This document shows positions 24,001-35,704 of a DNA stretch of 64,000 nt, one piece after another (the first letter of the stretch is position 1; each line of letters starts with the position of its first letter). The stretch is taken from positions 7,068,001 to 7,132,000 of the forward strand of contig OZ218950.1 in assembly GCA_965112735.1 (NCBI GenBank). Reading direction: 5' to 3'. Made by a program: the position numbers and the translations under genes. The stretch comes from Phaeosaccion multiseriatum. Taxonomy: Eukaryota; Protista; Ochrophyta, other classes. Below the pieces are notes generated by a model. It worked only from the letters and a program-made list of their open reading frames with translations. It was not told the DNA's origin and ran no database searches.

Positions 24001-26529
24001 TTCTTCTTCTTCTTCTTCTCTTCTTCTTCTTCTTCTTCTTCTTCTTCTTCTTCTTCTTCTTCTTCCTGCTCCTGATGATCACGAATCTGAAACTGAATGT
24101 ACCGCTTCTGCTGCTGCTTCTGCTGCAGCTGCTGACCCGCTCCACGATCCACGATCCGCTATCTCTGCTCACCCTTGTGCTGACTGCTCTCCTTAGGTGC
24201 AAATGAAGGCGTATTTAACGGGAATGCCCGAGTGCAAGTTTGGCCTCAACGACAAGGTAAGGCGCGTGAGTGCGCGTGTGTGCATGTGTTGGCCCCTACA
24301 TAAGTATGTGCGCAATGCTGAAAATACCCTCCCTCTCTCTGTCCCCTGTCTCTTCCTCTCTCTGTATCTTCTCTCTTCCCCTCCCTCTCTCCCCCCCCTC
24401 TCTTTCTCTCTCTCACACGCACCCTCCCTCCCCCTCTCTCTCTTGGCGTATGCACTCTATGTCCATCCCATCACCACCTCCAACCTTAGCTGCTGATGGA
24501 GCGAGACGTCAAGACCCGCAACACATCACAGACCAAGCGAGCAGTGGAGCTCGACGACTGCGCCTTCCATCGCTGCGTCCGCCTCGGGAAGGTTCGTTTC
24601 CATTCCAGTTTTTGGGCCCCGGCTTCTACACTGCTCCCCTTTCAACAGTGGCTGCAGGCGGCTTGTCGGCCTCTTGATTCTGTCCAAGGGGGGGGGGCGT
24701 TGGATTCCCATACACGAGTATGCACCCCTCCTTTCCATTGCCTTCCTTAGGCTTGCGCTCTGACATCCGCCTCTCTCTGACTCTCTCTATCCTTCCCCTC
24801 CCTCCGTGCCTCTCTCTCTTCCTCCCTCCCCTCCCTTCCCCTCTCCCTCCCTCCCTCCCTCCCTCTCTCTCTCTCCGCCTCTCTCTCTCACTCGCTCTCT
24901 CTTCTCTCCCCCCCCTCCGCATCACCAACACGCTCAGTTCGACGCCGATCGCACCATCACCTTCATCCCCCCCGACGGAGAGTTTGAACTGATGAGGTAC
25001 AGGGTGGCCACGGACAATGTGGTGCTGCCCTTCAGAGTCATCGCTAATGTCGCAGAACAAAAGACGTAAGTAGAGAGAGAAAGAGAAGAGAGAGAGAAAG
25101 AGAGACAGAGAGAGAGAGAAAGAGAAGAGAGAGACAGCGACAAGAGACAAGCAAAGAGAGAGGCAGACAGCGACCGCGTAGGAGGAAGCATGGACATGGA
25201 GAGGGACGCACCTTCTTCCTGACGTGTTGGGCATATATGCGGCGGCTGCTGCGGTCTCTCCTCCTTGCCCTCCCTCCTCCCCTCTCCTCCCCCGGCGGAC
25301 ACATGCCCACAAACCCCCTTGAGCCCTTTCCTTTCCCACCCCCCGTTTCTCGCTACTCCCCACCCCCCTCCCCCGCCTCCTCCTCCCTCATCTCCTCTCC
25401 TCTCCTCTCCTCCCCCTCATGCAGACACGTGTCAATCGACGTCAAGTGCCGAGCGACCTTCTCTGGTGATCTGTTCGGGTCCAACATCGTGATTAAAGTC
25501 CCCGTGCCCAAGAACACGGCCAAGTGTCACTTTAGACACTCCTCAGGGAGAGCCAAGTACGAGCCTGCACAGGTGTGTACACAACACACAGAGCAGAGAA
25601 CCAACTGGCATAGGAGAGAGGGAGTCACAGCTGGAGGGCAGAGGGGCAGGGCGGCAGGGCGGTATATATAGATAGATGGTGCACTCGGGGTGGAAGGGTA
25701 GGAGGTGTTGGTGGTGGTGTGTGAGCCCAGGGGGGACCCACCCCTATCCCTCGGGAGGGAGGGAGGGAGGGGAGGAAAGGAGGGCTCCACTCGCTTTATG
25801 ATATGGTGCCGTTAAGCTTCACCTTGGCTGCAAAGCCTGTTTGCTTGGCCCTTGAACTCACGTCTCCCTACGTGGTCGGAAGGAGGAGGGATGGGTCGTA
25901 TCTTCCTTGCTGGACGCTCGTTGACGTTTTCTGCCGCTCCTGCTCTGCTTGCTACCTGCTGCTGCTGCTGCTGCTGCTGCTGCTTCTGCCTGCTGCTTCT
26001 CTCTGTGCGTGCGTGCGCAGGGTGCGGTGGTGTGGCGGATTCGACGCTTCACGGGAGGGACGGAGCAGGTACTGCACTTGGGGGTGGAGCTGACCCCCAA
26101 CATTAGAGAGAAGACGTGGTCCAGGCCGCCCATTCAGGTGCGTGTGTGTGTGTGTGTGTGTGCGTGTGTGTACAGTATGTGTGTGTGCGCGTGTGTGTGT
26201 GCGCGTGTGTGCGTGCTGCGCGTGTATGTATGTGTGTGGAGAGATGGGAGTAGTCCCTTACTCGCCCTCTCGCATCATCACCCCCCAATTGAATCTCTGC
26301 TGCAGTGCGTGCGTTCGTGCCTGTGTGCGTAGGCGTGTGTGTGTGTGTACTCACCCTGCCTACCTGGTGTGTGTGTGTGCGAATGAAACAGATGGAGTTC
26401 CAGGTGCCTATGTTCGCGTCTTCAGGGGTGCACGTGCGCTTCCTGCGAGTGTACGACAGGAGCGGTTACAACACCAGCAGATGGGTGCGTTACATCACCC
26501 GGGCGGGCACCTACAACATACGCATCTGA
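21006..26529 (+). CDS. AP2M1: AP-2 adaptor complex subunit mu
   Basis: 12 exons (~21006-21067, 21762-21942, 22906-23034, 23245-23301, 23543-23632, 23840-23920, 24197-24256, 24490-24591, 24938-25065, 25424-25572, 26021-26137, 26392-26529). Motifs [93 protein letters not shown] and WVRYITRAG. Confidence 0.95.
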
Positions 26530-27474
26530 TGGGGCGATGATGATGGCAGCGGAGGGCTGCAAGAGAGAGCAACACAGGGGGGTAGGGAGGGGGCGCTGCG
26601 GTCCCTCACGGCGGCGAGAGTGGGCATGGGGCACGGTACGCAGATGGGATGGAATGACTGCGCAGAGGGCTTGGCTCCTGTGCAGAGGGCTTCCTTAGTC
26701 CCTGTTGAAACGGCTTTGCTTCCTCTATGGAGGGCTTTGCTTCCTGTATTGACGGCTTTGGATCCTGGCTTCTGCGTGGGAAGAGGGCAGCAGTTGGCGC
26801 CGTTCGTACAGACAAAAGTCGGGGCGTCATTATGTCCGCATAGCTGCGTGGGGAGGGGATGAGGAAAGGGGAGGGCGAAGGCGTGAGGGCGTGCTTATCT
26901 TGTCCGTGGGGCGTCTCCGGCAACACATTGATGGGGTTGTGTGTTTAAGAGTGAGTGTGGACCTTTCCGGGACCTTTCTACTCGTGCGCGGAGTGAGCGA
27001 ACGGCTTGGTCGGACCAGACCCACTGATCGGGTACAAGAGGCGTGATGGGACTTGCCCACCCAGTGCCAGACGAAGCACGGATTGCGACTTTCGGACTTT
27101 CCGGCACGCTGCGAGCATCCCCAATGCTCACCTGAGCGCCGCCATGCTTGAAGCACCAACCCTCCGGGAGAGAGGTGGTCGCAGCGAGGTGGAGCGTGGC
27201 TCTTGGCCGATGGGAGGGTCGACAGCGAGGACGAAACCTGACCACCTTTGGTGCCATTATGTATCGGATGTGGAAAACGATCACTCACAGATGGCACAGA
27301 CCCTTCCTTCCCTTCATTGATTCCCCTTCCTTCCCTTCTAATATAGACCTTCCCTTCTCTCTTATATAGTGATCCTACTCTCATCTGAAGGATCAGAATG
27401 ATATGAAAAGGAGGGTGTGGTGGTGAGAAAGAGTGAAGGCGGGGGAAGAAGAGCGACAGGACGAGGGCTGAACA

Positions 27475-28345
27475 ATGGGAATAGTAAGCGTGGTTGTAAG
27501 TGTTGCCTTCCTTGCTGTGGCCATCTCGGTTTACCTCCCATGGGCACACAACCGCGAGTGGCGGAACACTGAACGAGGCAGCGCCGTCAAGGTGTACGGT
27601 GGCAAGAGAGGAGAGAGTGAGAAGAAGCTCCCAACGGTCGTGATCGTGCCTGGCTTGGACGGCTGTACGTCCTTCTTTGCGGATGTGACGCCTGCCTTGA
27701 CTGCCCTCGGCTACAAGGTGATATTGTTCGAGCTGCCGCTGGCCGAGCCGCCCTGGTCGACCGAGGCAGCGGCCAATCGGGAGAGACAGCAGCAGCAGAG
27801 ACTGGACAGCAGTGCAAAAAAGACCCGGCAAACGTACAACGAGTACACCTTCGATTACATCGCCTCCGAGCTCGCTCTCGCCATCCCCGAGGAGGAGGAC
27901 CAGAAGCTGGCTATCGTGGCAGAGAGCTTCGGGGGCTTTGTAGCTCAAAGATTCGCTCTGCTTTACCCGGAGCGTGTGCACAAACTCGTGTTTCTCAGCG
28001 CGCTCCTCAGGCCCGACCTCACACCCGTTGTTCAGTTCAAAGCCACCTTTGTACTCCCTATTGTGGAGTCCATCGGGTACCTCTTCCCCTCCTTCGCGCA
28101 GGGCTTGTTCGCCTCCTTCCATGTCAGCGACGTGGTGGAGAGCCATGAGCCCGCTTGGGTCAAGGCCCTGTTTCTCAAGGAGGCCTCCTGGGCGCATCAC
28201 TTCAGCGTGAGTAGTAGTGTAATTGCGTAGGGAGGGAAGGCGGCAGTTTAGGTGGCGTGATGAGAGTGAGAGTGAGAGGGGGTTTGCGTATTGTCGTGTT
28301 GTGAAGAGCGCCGCAAGACCCGAGCCACCAGCCCACGCCAAACCT

Positions 28346-28379
<34 letters not shown>

Positions 28380-28795
28380 CCGCCCTCCCGCCCTCTCTCT
28401 CTCTCCCTCTCTATCTATCTATCTCTGTGTGTCTCTCTCTCCGCCCCTCCCTCTCCCCCCCTCCCCCCCTCTCTCTGTGTGTGCCTCATTGTCCCCCCTC
28501 TCCCATGATGCGCAGGTCATGGCTCGGTGCAAGATTGCGATCGAATTCGACGGCACGGCTGACGTGAGTACCAGAACATGGCAGAATTTCCCTCCCCTGC
28601 TCCCTCCTATCCCCAATTGGGCCACGGAACAGAGACAGATCGCTTGTCTGTATGCTTCGCACGCGCCCTCCCCTTGCCCACTCGCTCGCTTTTCCGCTTA
28701 CGAACACGCACACACGTATCCTCAGCACCCCTTTCTCTCTTCTCCCCTCACCCACTCTCTCTCTGTCTCTCCCTCTCACTCTCTCTCCTCGCGCC

Positions 28796-28833
<38 letters not shown>

Positions 28834-29199
28834 CCCTCTCACCCTCTCCTCCCCCTCCCTCTCTCTCTCTCTCTCTCCTCTCCCTCTCACCCTCTCTCCT
28901 CCCCCTCCCCCTCTCTCTCTCTCTCTCACACTCTCTCACTCTCTCTCCCACACACGCCATACCAACCGTCACCACTCCCCCCCCTCCTGCTCCACCTCTC
29001 CTCAACACAGGCACCGCAGATCCGCTTTCCCTCCCTCATCGTGTACGGCGAATCAGACTCCTTCACCGCCTTCGGAGCGGGGCAGTTACACGCCGCCCTG
29101 CCCCACAGCACGCTCAGCGGCATCCCGGGGGGGCACTTGCCTCATGTGACGCATCCGGAGGCCTTCGTAGACGCCGTGCATGCGTTCCTCACCTCCTGA
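27475..29199 (+). CDS. Alpha/beta hydrolase with N-terminal signal or membrane anchor
   Basis: Exons ~27475-28206, 28516-28563 and 29011-29199. Oxyanion motif VPGLDG, nucleophile motif AESFGG, acid YGESD and His motif GGHLPH. Confidence 0.85.
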
Positions 29200-30143
29200 G
29201 CTCACACGTACGAGAGTACGTGGGAGTACGTGAGGAGGAGTGGGAAGATGATGCCCTAGACGGTTATGGTGGCAGCAGCAACAGTAGCCCCGATCTGTAG
29301 ATAGTTCGTTACATTTGTATTTTAATTCCCCCCCCCCCCCCCAGCGTAATACTATTAATACCAAGTAAGTTTGTGAAGCAAAGGGGAGAGGAAGGGTTGC
29401 TCTCTCGCAACCTTCGCAAGAGCAAACAAGAGGAAGCTTTACCATTCAGCCAAGAGGAGTTTACCCATTTAGCCAAGAGAGGGCGGCTATACACACTGCC
29501 ACAGACTGCCATCCATTGTTTGTGCTGCTGTCGTTGCTCGACGCCTCGGGGTAATAAGGCCAGCAACACCCCCGTAACCACACAGCGCCGCCTCTTCCTC
29601 CCCCCCCCTCGGCCACTGGTAAGCACCTGAAGGTGTGCGAAAACTTGGGGGGGCTGCTGTGGGTTGGCGTGCTTCTTCTTCGTTGTTCTTCTGTGACCAA
29701 GGCCACGTTCCGCGGAGGTAACACAGCATTGGTGCGTGCGACACAGCAAGAAAGGCCGACACCACCGAAGCCCTTAGTTGAAGGGCGACCAAATAGGCTG
29801 AGACGGTAGAGCCACCCTCGCTGCTCTGCCTCTTGTGTTGCGGTGCTTCGGCCAAGTCTCCTCTTTCTCTGGTGCCGGAGTGTCTCCCCCCCCCCTGCCC
29901 CCTCCCACCGCCCACTCGGTCGCCGAGTTATTCGCTCTCACAATGGAAGGAAGTGTACGTTCGCTGCCATCGATACGTGCACGGAACAAGAAGCGGCCGA
30001 CACCGCACGCAAGTGAAGGTAAATCTTACTCTACTCGTTCACACACACACACCTCACGAGGGGACAAAAGAAGTGAGCAAGTCGCGACTCATGAGGAATC
30101 ATTCACGGATTCCTTCACGCATTCATCATCTGCGTGGCACCAC

Positions 30144-32101
30144 TCACAGAGGCGGCACCATGGTCTCGACGGCTTGCAGGCAGCTGCCCAAGCTCGAAGC
30201 AGGCAGTACGCTTACTGCTCGATAACTCGCCCCCCCCCCCCCCCCTCCTCCTGCTGCTGCAGCAGCCGACAGGTCGGAAGGCATATGGACTGCAAAGAAC
30301 ACTTCCGCCTCCCCCGCTAGCACCTCCTCATCGAAGTTATCAAAGTACAGGTCCTTGGGCTGTAGGTTGGGTGTGCTGATGCTGCTGCTGCTACTGCTGC
30401 TTGTTGCAGCGGCGATGGACACAAAGTAATCAAACTTGAATTTGTCGCGGTGGTCCTGCGATATCTGTGCACAGACGAGTTGAATCACACACGAGTCACC
30501 GGATCGGCCGGACAGGAGCAGCGGCGGAGAAACGACGGGGGAGAAAGGCACACACAAACATCGGCAGCTGGCGTGTGAGGCGTGCAAAGGCAAAGGTGTC
30601 AGGAGTCATGAGAGGACTGCCCAGCCGCTAGGGGAGGTCGAGTGAAGCTCAAGCCTCCGCTCAAGACCCTTGCCCCTGCCCCCCCCCCCCCCCCCACGCT
30701 ACGTACTACCCTTGTCACCCTTGCCTTCTCTTCCCTCCCTCTCTTCCCTCTCTCAACCCCCCTCTCCCTCCCTCTCACTCTCCCTTTCTCTCGCCCCCCT
30801 CCCCCTTCTCTCTCTCCATCCCTCTCTCCCTCCTACCTCGTTGTCCTTGGCCCACTCGATGTCGTCTCTGAGGCACTCGAGCAGCTTGGGAACGAGCTGC
30901 ACGGGGAGGTTTAGCATGCGAGCGTTCACGAGCAGCCCAGCCTGTGAGGATACGGAGATACAGGGAGAGGAGCCGCCCGCAGATGGAGCGAGTTACAGTC
31001 ACAAAAGCAGCAGCGACATGTGGTCAGGTTAAGCCACGGCTCACTGAACACCTTCATGCGCACCTCGAGACGGCCCACACATCGCACAAGGAGTCCAAAT
31101 CTCAAGCCGGCTCCCTTTCTCTCCCCCCCTTCCTACCCCCCCTCCCTCCTAGCTCCTCCTCTCCCATCTTCCTACTTCTGACCTTCTTGGTGCTGTCCTT
31201 TCCGATGATCTGCTCCAGCGCCTCCCTCTGGCCCGCCTTGCCCGCCTGCTGCAGTAAGAAGGAGGTCACCGCGGCGACGGCGGGACTGGCCGAGTGGAAG
31301 CGGAGAGGAAGGGCACTCATGAAGGCGAATACCGAGTCGTCGGAGGCGTCGCTCGAGACAACCGTGCCCACCGCGCCTAAGGGGGAAAGCGCGCCAGACA
31401 GACGAGGAGAGTTAGGGGCGAGGGATGAAGCAGAGGCATTGCATGGGTCAAGGGCACCGAGCGGCCCACCACGAGAGAAGGGGGCAAAGCTCCCAACTGT
31501 ATAACCGTATGCATGCCCACCACACACACCGGCACACGCGAAGGCAGAGGTCAAGAGACTCACCCTGCGCGATGAGGAGGTCGGCGAGGCCTGACAGCGG
31601 CACGCTGGCCTGGGGAGGTAGGTACCCCTTGAGCAGCGCCATGACTCCGTGGTAGTACAGCTCGTCAGGGTCGCGGAACTCGAAGTTGATACTCACCTTG
31701 GTGCCCTGAGCTTCCTTCCCCTCCTCGTCCTCCTCAGCATCATCATCGTCGTCATCATCGTTTGAGTCGTCGTACTCCCCTTCGTCCTCTTGCGCCATCT
31801 TCCCTCCCAGGGGGATGAGCTCCTCGCCGCTGTCTTCGTCCTCCTCGCCACTTCCATCACTGCCTTCCTTGTCCTCCGCGCTATTGTCTTTTTTCACGTC
31901 CTTCTCCTCCTTCTCCAGCTTCGCCTTCTTCGTCTCTCGCCCCTTCCCCTTTCGCTTGCCCGCATCTGCCTTCGAGCCCCCTGTCCCTGCTACTCCTGCT
32001 GCTGCTGCTGCTTCGCCACTGGAAACGTTGTTCTGCTCCCGCGGCTTCCCCTCTTTCGTTGAGGCAGCCCCTCCTCCACCGGCTGCCTTCCTCTTTACCA
32101 T
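30144..32101 (-). CDS. BCP1: BCP1/BCCIP family protein
   Basis: Four exons (~32101-31564, 31377-31183, 30941-30837, 30466-30144). Acidic N-terminus, then INFEFRDPDELYYHGVMALL, LADLLIAQ-GAVGTVV, GLLVNARMLNLPVQLVP and FKFDYF. Confidence 0.88.
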
Positions 32102-32199
32102 CTCTTCTCTTATGTCCCACAAATAAAAAATTTATGGCTGGATCGTGGCGGGGGACTTTATTGACTTAATAGGAATCACCTAAGAAACTGAAAGTGTGA

Positions 32200-32202
<3 letters not shown>

Positions 32203-32237
<35 letters not shown>

Positions 32238-32735
32238 GTGTCGCTGTGTCTCCGGGGCCCTCGAGGGGCCGGTTACTCCCCCTCTAGGGCGGGGAGGGGG
32301 AGTGCGGGACCGGCTCCGCGGTTGAGCCGACCCAGGAAGGCGCGCTCCCGCTCCGAGAGCCACATCTGGTGGCTGCAGCTGACGAGGCGGCGTAGTCGTG
32401 TCAGGACGTGGCCCTTGGTGGTGGAGGAGCCCGTGCGGCCAGTGCGGGTGACCACGTGCTCGGCGAGTGCGTGCAGGAGCGATTGCGCCTGTGCGCCGAG
32501 TCGGCCGTGGGTCTCGATGGCGAAGGTGGAGAGGCGAACACGCTCTCGGTCGTAGGTGCCCCTGTAATGTCGCTCCTTGCGGGTCTCGCTGTTGGCGGCT
32601 GCCGCTCCCGGTCTAATGTCCGTGCGGAGCACATTCAAGGCCGTCCTGCAGAGGTTGTTACTCAGGGTTAGGTCAAGCATGTGCGCCGGGTGGGCAAAGG
32701 TGGGGTCGCGGGCTCCGGCGGGGTGGGAAGAGCCT
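32203..32735 (-). mobile_element. 5'-truncated CRE-clade-like non-LTR retrotransposon fragment (restriction-like endonuclease C-terminus) ending in (AC)n
   Basis: MLDLTLSN...PGAAAANSETRKERHY...FAIETHGRLG, stop at 32273, short 3' UTR, then (AC)n at ~32203-32235. Confidence 0.8.
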
Positions 32736-33079
32736 TTAAGTGCCATCTGATCGTTACTTTTACACTGCTGCGATCCATCCACAAACACAAATAAAACACG
32801 GACACGGAGTTGTGAGAGTGGTGTATAATGGAGGGGTGCGTGATGTATATTAGAGCTTATGGGCTCAGTATTGGAGCGCTCGAGGTAAGTTGTAACCATG
32901 TGTAGATGCGTGTGTGTGTGGTAGTGATGGAGAGTGATGTGGAGGGGAAGAGGGGTGCGTGATGTATATTAGAGCTTATGGGCTCAGTATTGGAGCTTGA
33001 AATATATATATGAGCTTATGGGCTCGTTATTGGCGCGCTTGAGGTGAGTGATAACGTGATAACGTGATAACATGAGTAA

Positions 33080-34846
33080 GTGCTGTGGAGGGTTGTGGAC
33101 TTTGTCTTGGCCACGGAGCTGTCCGTAACATTAGTGCTGTGGAGAGCCATTGACCCCTCCATCTTCCGACGCGCCCTCGGCAGCAGGGCAGACCGCACCA
33201 ACAGAGCGACAATGGCCCACATCATGCGACTCCCCGATGCCCCCCCTCTGGAGCAGGCCGCAGATGCACAAGAGGAGCCATGGACGGAGACACAGCGCCT
33301 ACAAATGCATACGGCACGGCGCTTCGGCGGCCTCGGCCTCACCAGCCTCCACGACATCGCCCCAGCAGCATACCTTGGCAACAAGATGCTCACCCTCCCC
33401 CCCCTGCTCAGCCGCACCGCACGCCGGGAAGGCTCCCAAGAGAGCGCCCTACCGGACCAGCTGTTCACCAACGGAGCCCTCAAGAGCGTCGCCGACAGCG
33501 TCAACCTCCTGCACGAGGAGGGGGTCCCTGAGGCCCCCCTCATCCAAGCAGTGGGTCAGGCACAGTTCGACGAGGCCCGCTCACGCGTACTCGAGCCGCC
33601 TGACCACCAAGCCCAGGACACAGCGCGACGCAACGTGCGCAGGAGCCATCAGGCAGGCCGTCAACCGACCCACGGCGTCCAGAAGGCCCTCACCACCTTC
33701 ATCCACAAACGCCGCCATGAGGAGCTGACGCAGAGCATCGCCACCATCGACGTCACACCGGCAGAGGCACAGAGGGGAGAGGAGACACAGGAAATGGCAA
33801 CAGCCCGACTCCACTCACAGCGAGGAAGGGGCGCCATGGCCTTCCTCGGAGCGCTCCCCCACGGCCACAACACCATGGCCCCCGCAGAATGGACCATGGC
33901 CCTTCGTCGCAACCTCGGTGTCAACACGCCATACGCGGACCCGCCCCCACCCTGCCTTGGCACAGGCTGCGCCCGCACGGCAAGCACTACCCACGCCACC
34001 ATCTGCCCCCGCACCGGCCTCCACAACCACACACACCACCTCCTCGTCAAGGCCTTCGGGAGGATGATGCACAGCGTGGGCATTGGAGGAGCACGTGTAG
34101 AGGACCAGACCTGCTTCGACGGCCCCACGGGCACCCGAGCAGGCCGAGACCTACGCATGGACCTGACCTATCCCGCAGGTAGCTTCCCGGGAGCGGACGC
34201 ACCCCTGCGGAGAAACCTCCTCTGCGACATCACCGTCACCAACCCCACCGCCCCCACTCACGTGGGACGGGCCTCCACCACGCCAGGCCACGCAGCAGCC
34301 GCCGCCGAAGAACGCAAGCGCACCCACTACCTGGGCAGTTTTCTGCCCGGGACTTCAACCCTGAAGTGCATTGCAATCGAGACGTACGGCAGACTGGGCC
34401 ACCAAACGGACGAGCTCATCGAGGCGATGGCCATCCACAAGGCATCAAGAGGGCTCGGCCCCGCAGCGGCGGCAGCCACGGGCCCCATCAAGGGCCTCCT
34501 GCGCCAACAACTGTCCCTCGCCCTTCAACGCGCCCTCGCACAGCGGGAGATCAGGTATGGCACCCTCCTTCGAGCCACCATGACGCAGCACGAAGCAGCA
34601 GAAACCCTCGACTGGGGGCTCATGGGAGCCATCGACGGAGCGGCCGCCTGAGGAGCAGGAGTACACCAGCCAGCAGACAGCGAGACCATCAGCACACAGC
34701 ATAGCAACCACAGTTAGTGCTGTGGAGCGTTGTGGACTTTGTCTTGGCCACGGAGCTGTCCGTAAGAAGAAGAGTGCTGTGGAGGGTTGTGGACTTTGTC
34801 TTGGCCACGGAGCTGTCCGTAAGATGATTGCTGTGGAGGGTTGTGA
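33080..34846. repeat. Short tandem array of a 49-bp unit, interrupted by the CRE-like insertion
   Basis: gtgctgtggag(g/c)gttgtggactttgtcttggccacggagctgtccgtaa at 33080-33128, 34717-34765 and ~34774-34822, plus a partial unit at ~34829-34845. Confidence 0.9.
33145..34713 (+). mobile_element. 5'-truncated CRE-clade-like non-LTR retrotransposon (RT thumb, CCHC finger, RLE) with 14-bp TSD
   Basis: ORF open to 34651 with RFGGLGL...PAAYLG, CLGTGC-x7-HATIC, RMDL, CDITVTNP, AEERKRTHY, IETYGRLG and LSLALQR. TSD ttagtgctgtggag at 33131-33144 and 34714-34727. Confidence 0.88.
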
Positions 34847-35704
34847 GAGAGAGAGAGAGTATATGGGCTCGGTATTCAGTCGCTTGAGGTGAGTGCGAAG
34901 GGGTGTGAAGCGTGCCCGGGGAAGATGTAGTGGGGAGAAGAGCAGAAGGAGGAAATTGCCCAGTTCTGTACGCCTGTGCCCAAGAAGCGAGAAGCTGCCA
35001 CCGACATCCATGGCAGAGGAAGGAAGAGGGGGGGGATTTCCCCTTTCCATTGAAGGAGAGGAGCGACAGAAGGAGAGGGCAATGAAACGAAGACAGGTAG
35101 GGTTGCTTGCGGGGCTGAGGCTGCGAGTTGGGGACGAGATTCAGGTGCCCTGTAGTCTGTGGAGAAGACTGAAAGGTGGTGTTGCTGTCGATGCTGCCAC
35201 AGTCTTCTGCGGTTGTCGGGGCAGGGAGCTGTCGAATGGCGTGGTGGTAGCTGTGGGCCGGGAGTAAGGTATTTCTGCTGCCCCACTGCGCTGCGCGCAC
35301 AAAGCGGAAGGGGGCCAGCGTCGAGAGAGTTCTTGGATACTTTGTGTCTACCACCGCTATCGCTCAGGAGGAGGGGATGGATGATGATGGTTACGAGGAG
35401 AAGCAGAAGACGAGAGGGTATGAGGAGAAGCAGAAGTGGTTTGGTGCTGGAGGAGAGCATGGTGGCGGCGAGTGAGAACAAGAGGCGCGGACGGAAGGCG
35501 CTGCGAGCGAGCGTGCGCGTGGAGGGCCCTGCTGCTGATACCTCGGGACTTGACATCTTGTGTGACCGGATGAAGCTGCTTGGCTGCATGGCCAAGGAGA
35601 AAAGAACCACCTTTTGCATGATAAAAGCGGCCTTTAAATGTAGACTCGTGCCCCTGCTCCTCAAACTGGGGTCAAGCTCCTTCCGACCTCCTCCTCGTCG
35701 TCGT

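Larger units (their letters stand above)
32831..34894. repeat. Dispersed ~37-nt motif (gagcttatgggctcagtattggagcgctcgaggtaagt-like), four copies
   Basis: Copies at ~32853-32889, 32972-33000, 33012-33049 and 34857-34894. Copies 1 and 2 share a longer direct repeat (32831-32877 vs 32950-32996). Confidence 0.8.

Noticed and set aside
26830-28341. 503-aa minus-strand ORF
   Set aside because: Largely antisense to the alpha/beta hydrolase, with no motifs.
32860-32892. U1 snRNA (minus-strand ACTTACCT)
   Set aside because: This is simply the complement of a donor-like motif. No U1 stem-loops or Sm site follow.
33095-33128. tRNA gene (GCTCCGTGGCCAAG resembles a tRNA 5' end)
   Set aside because: No B box or cloverleaf.
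33080-34846. CRISPR array
   Set aside because: Eukaryotic context, linkers only 5-8 nt, and no cas genes.
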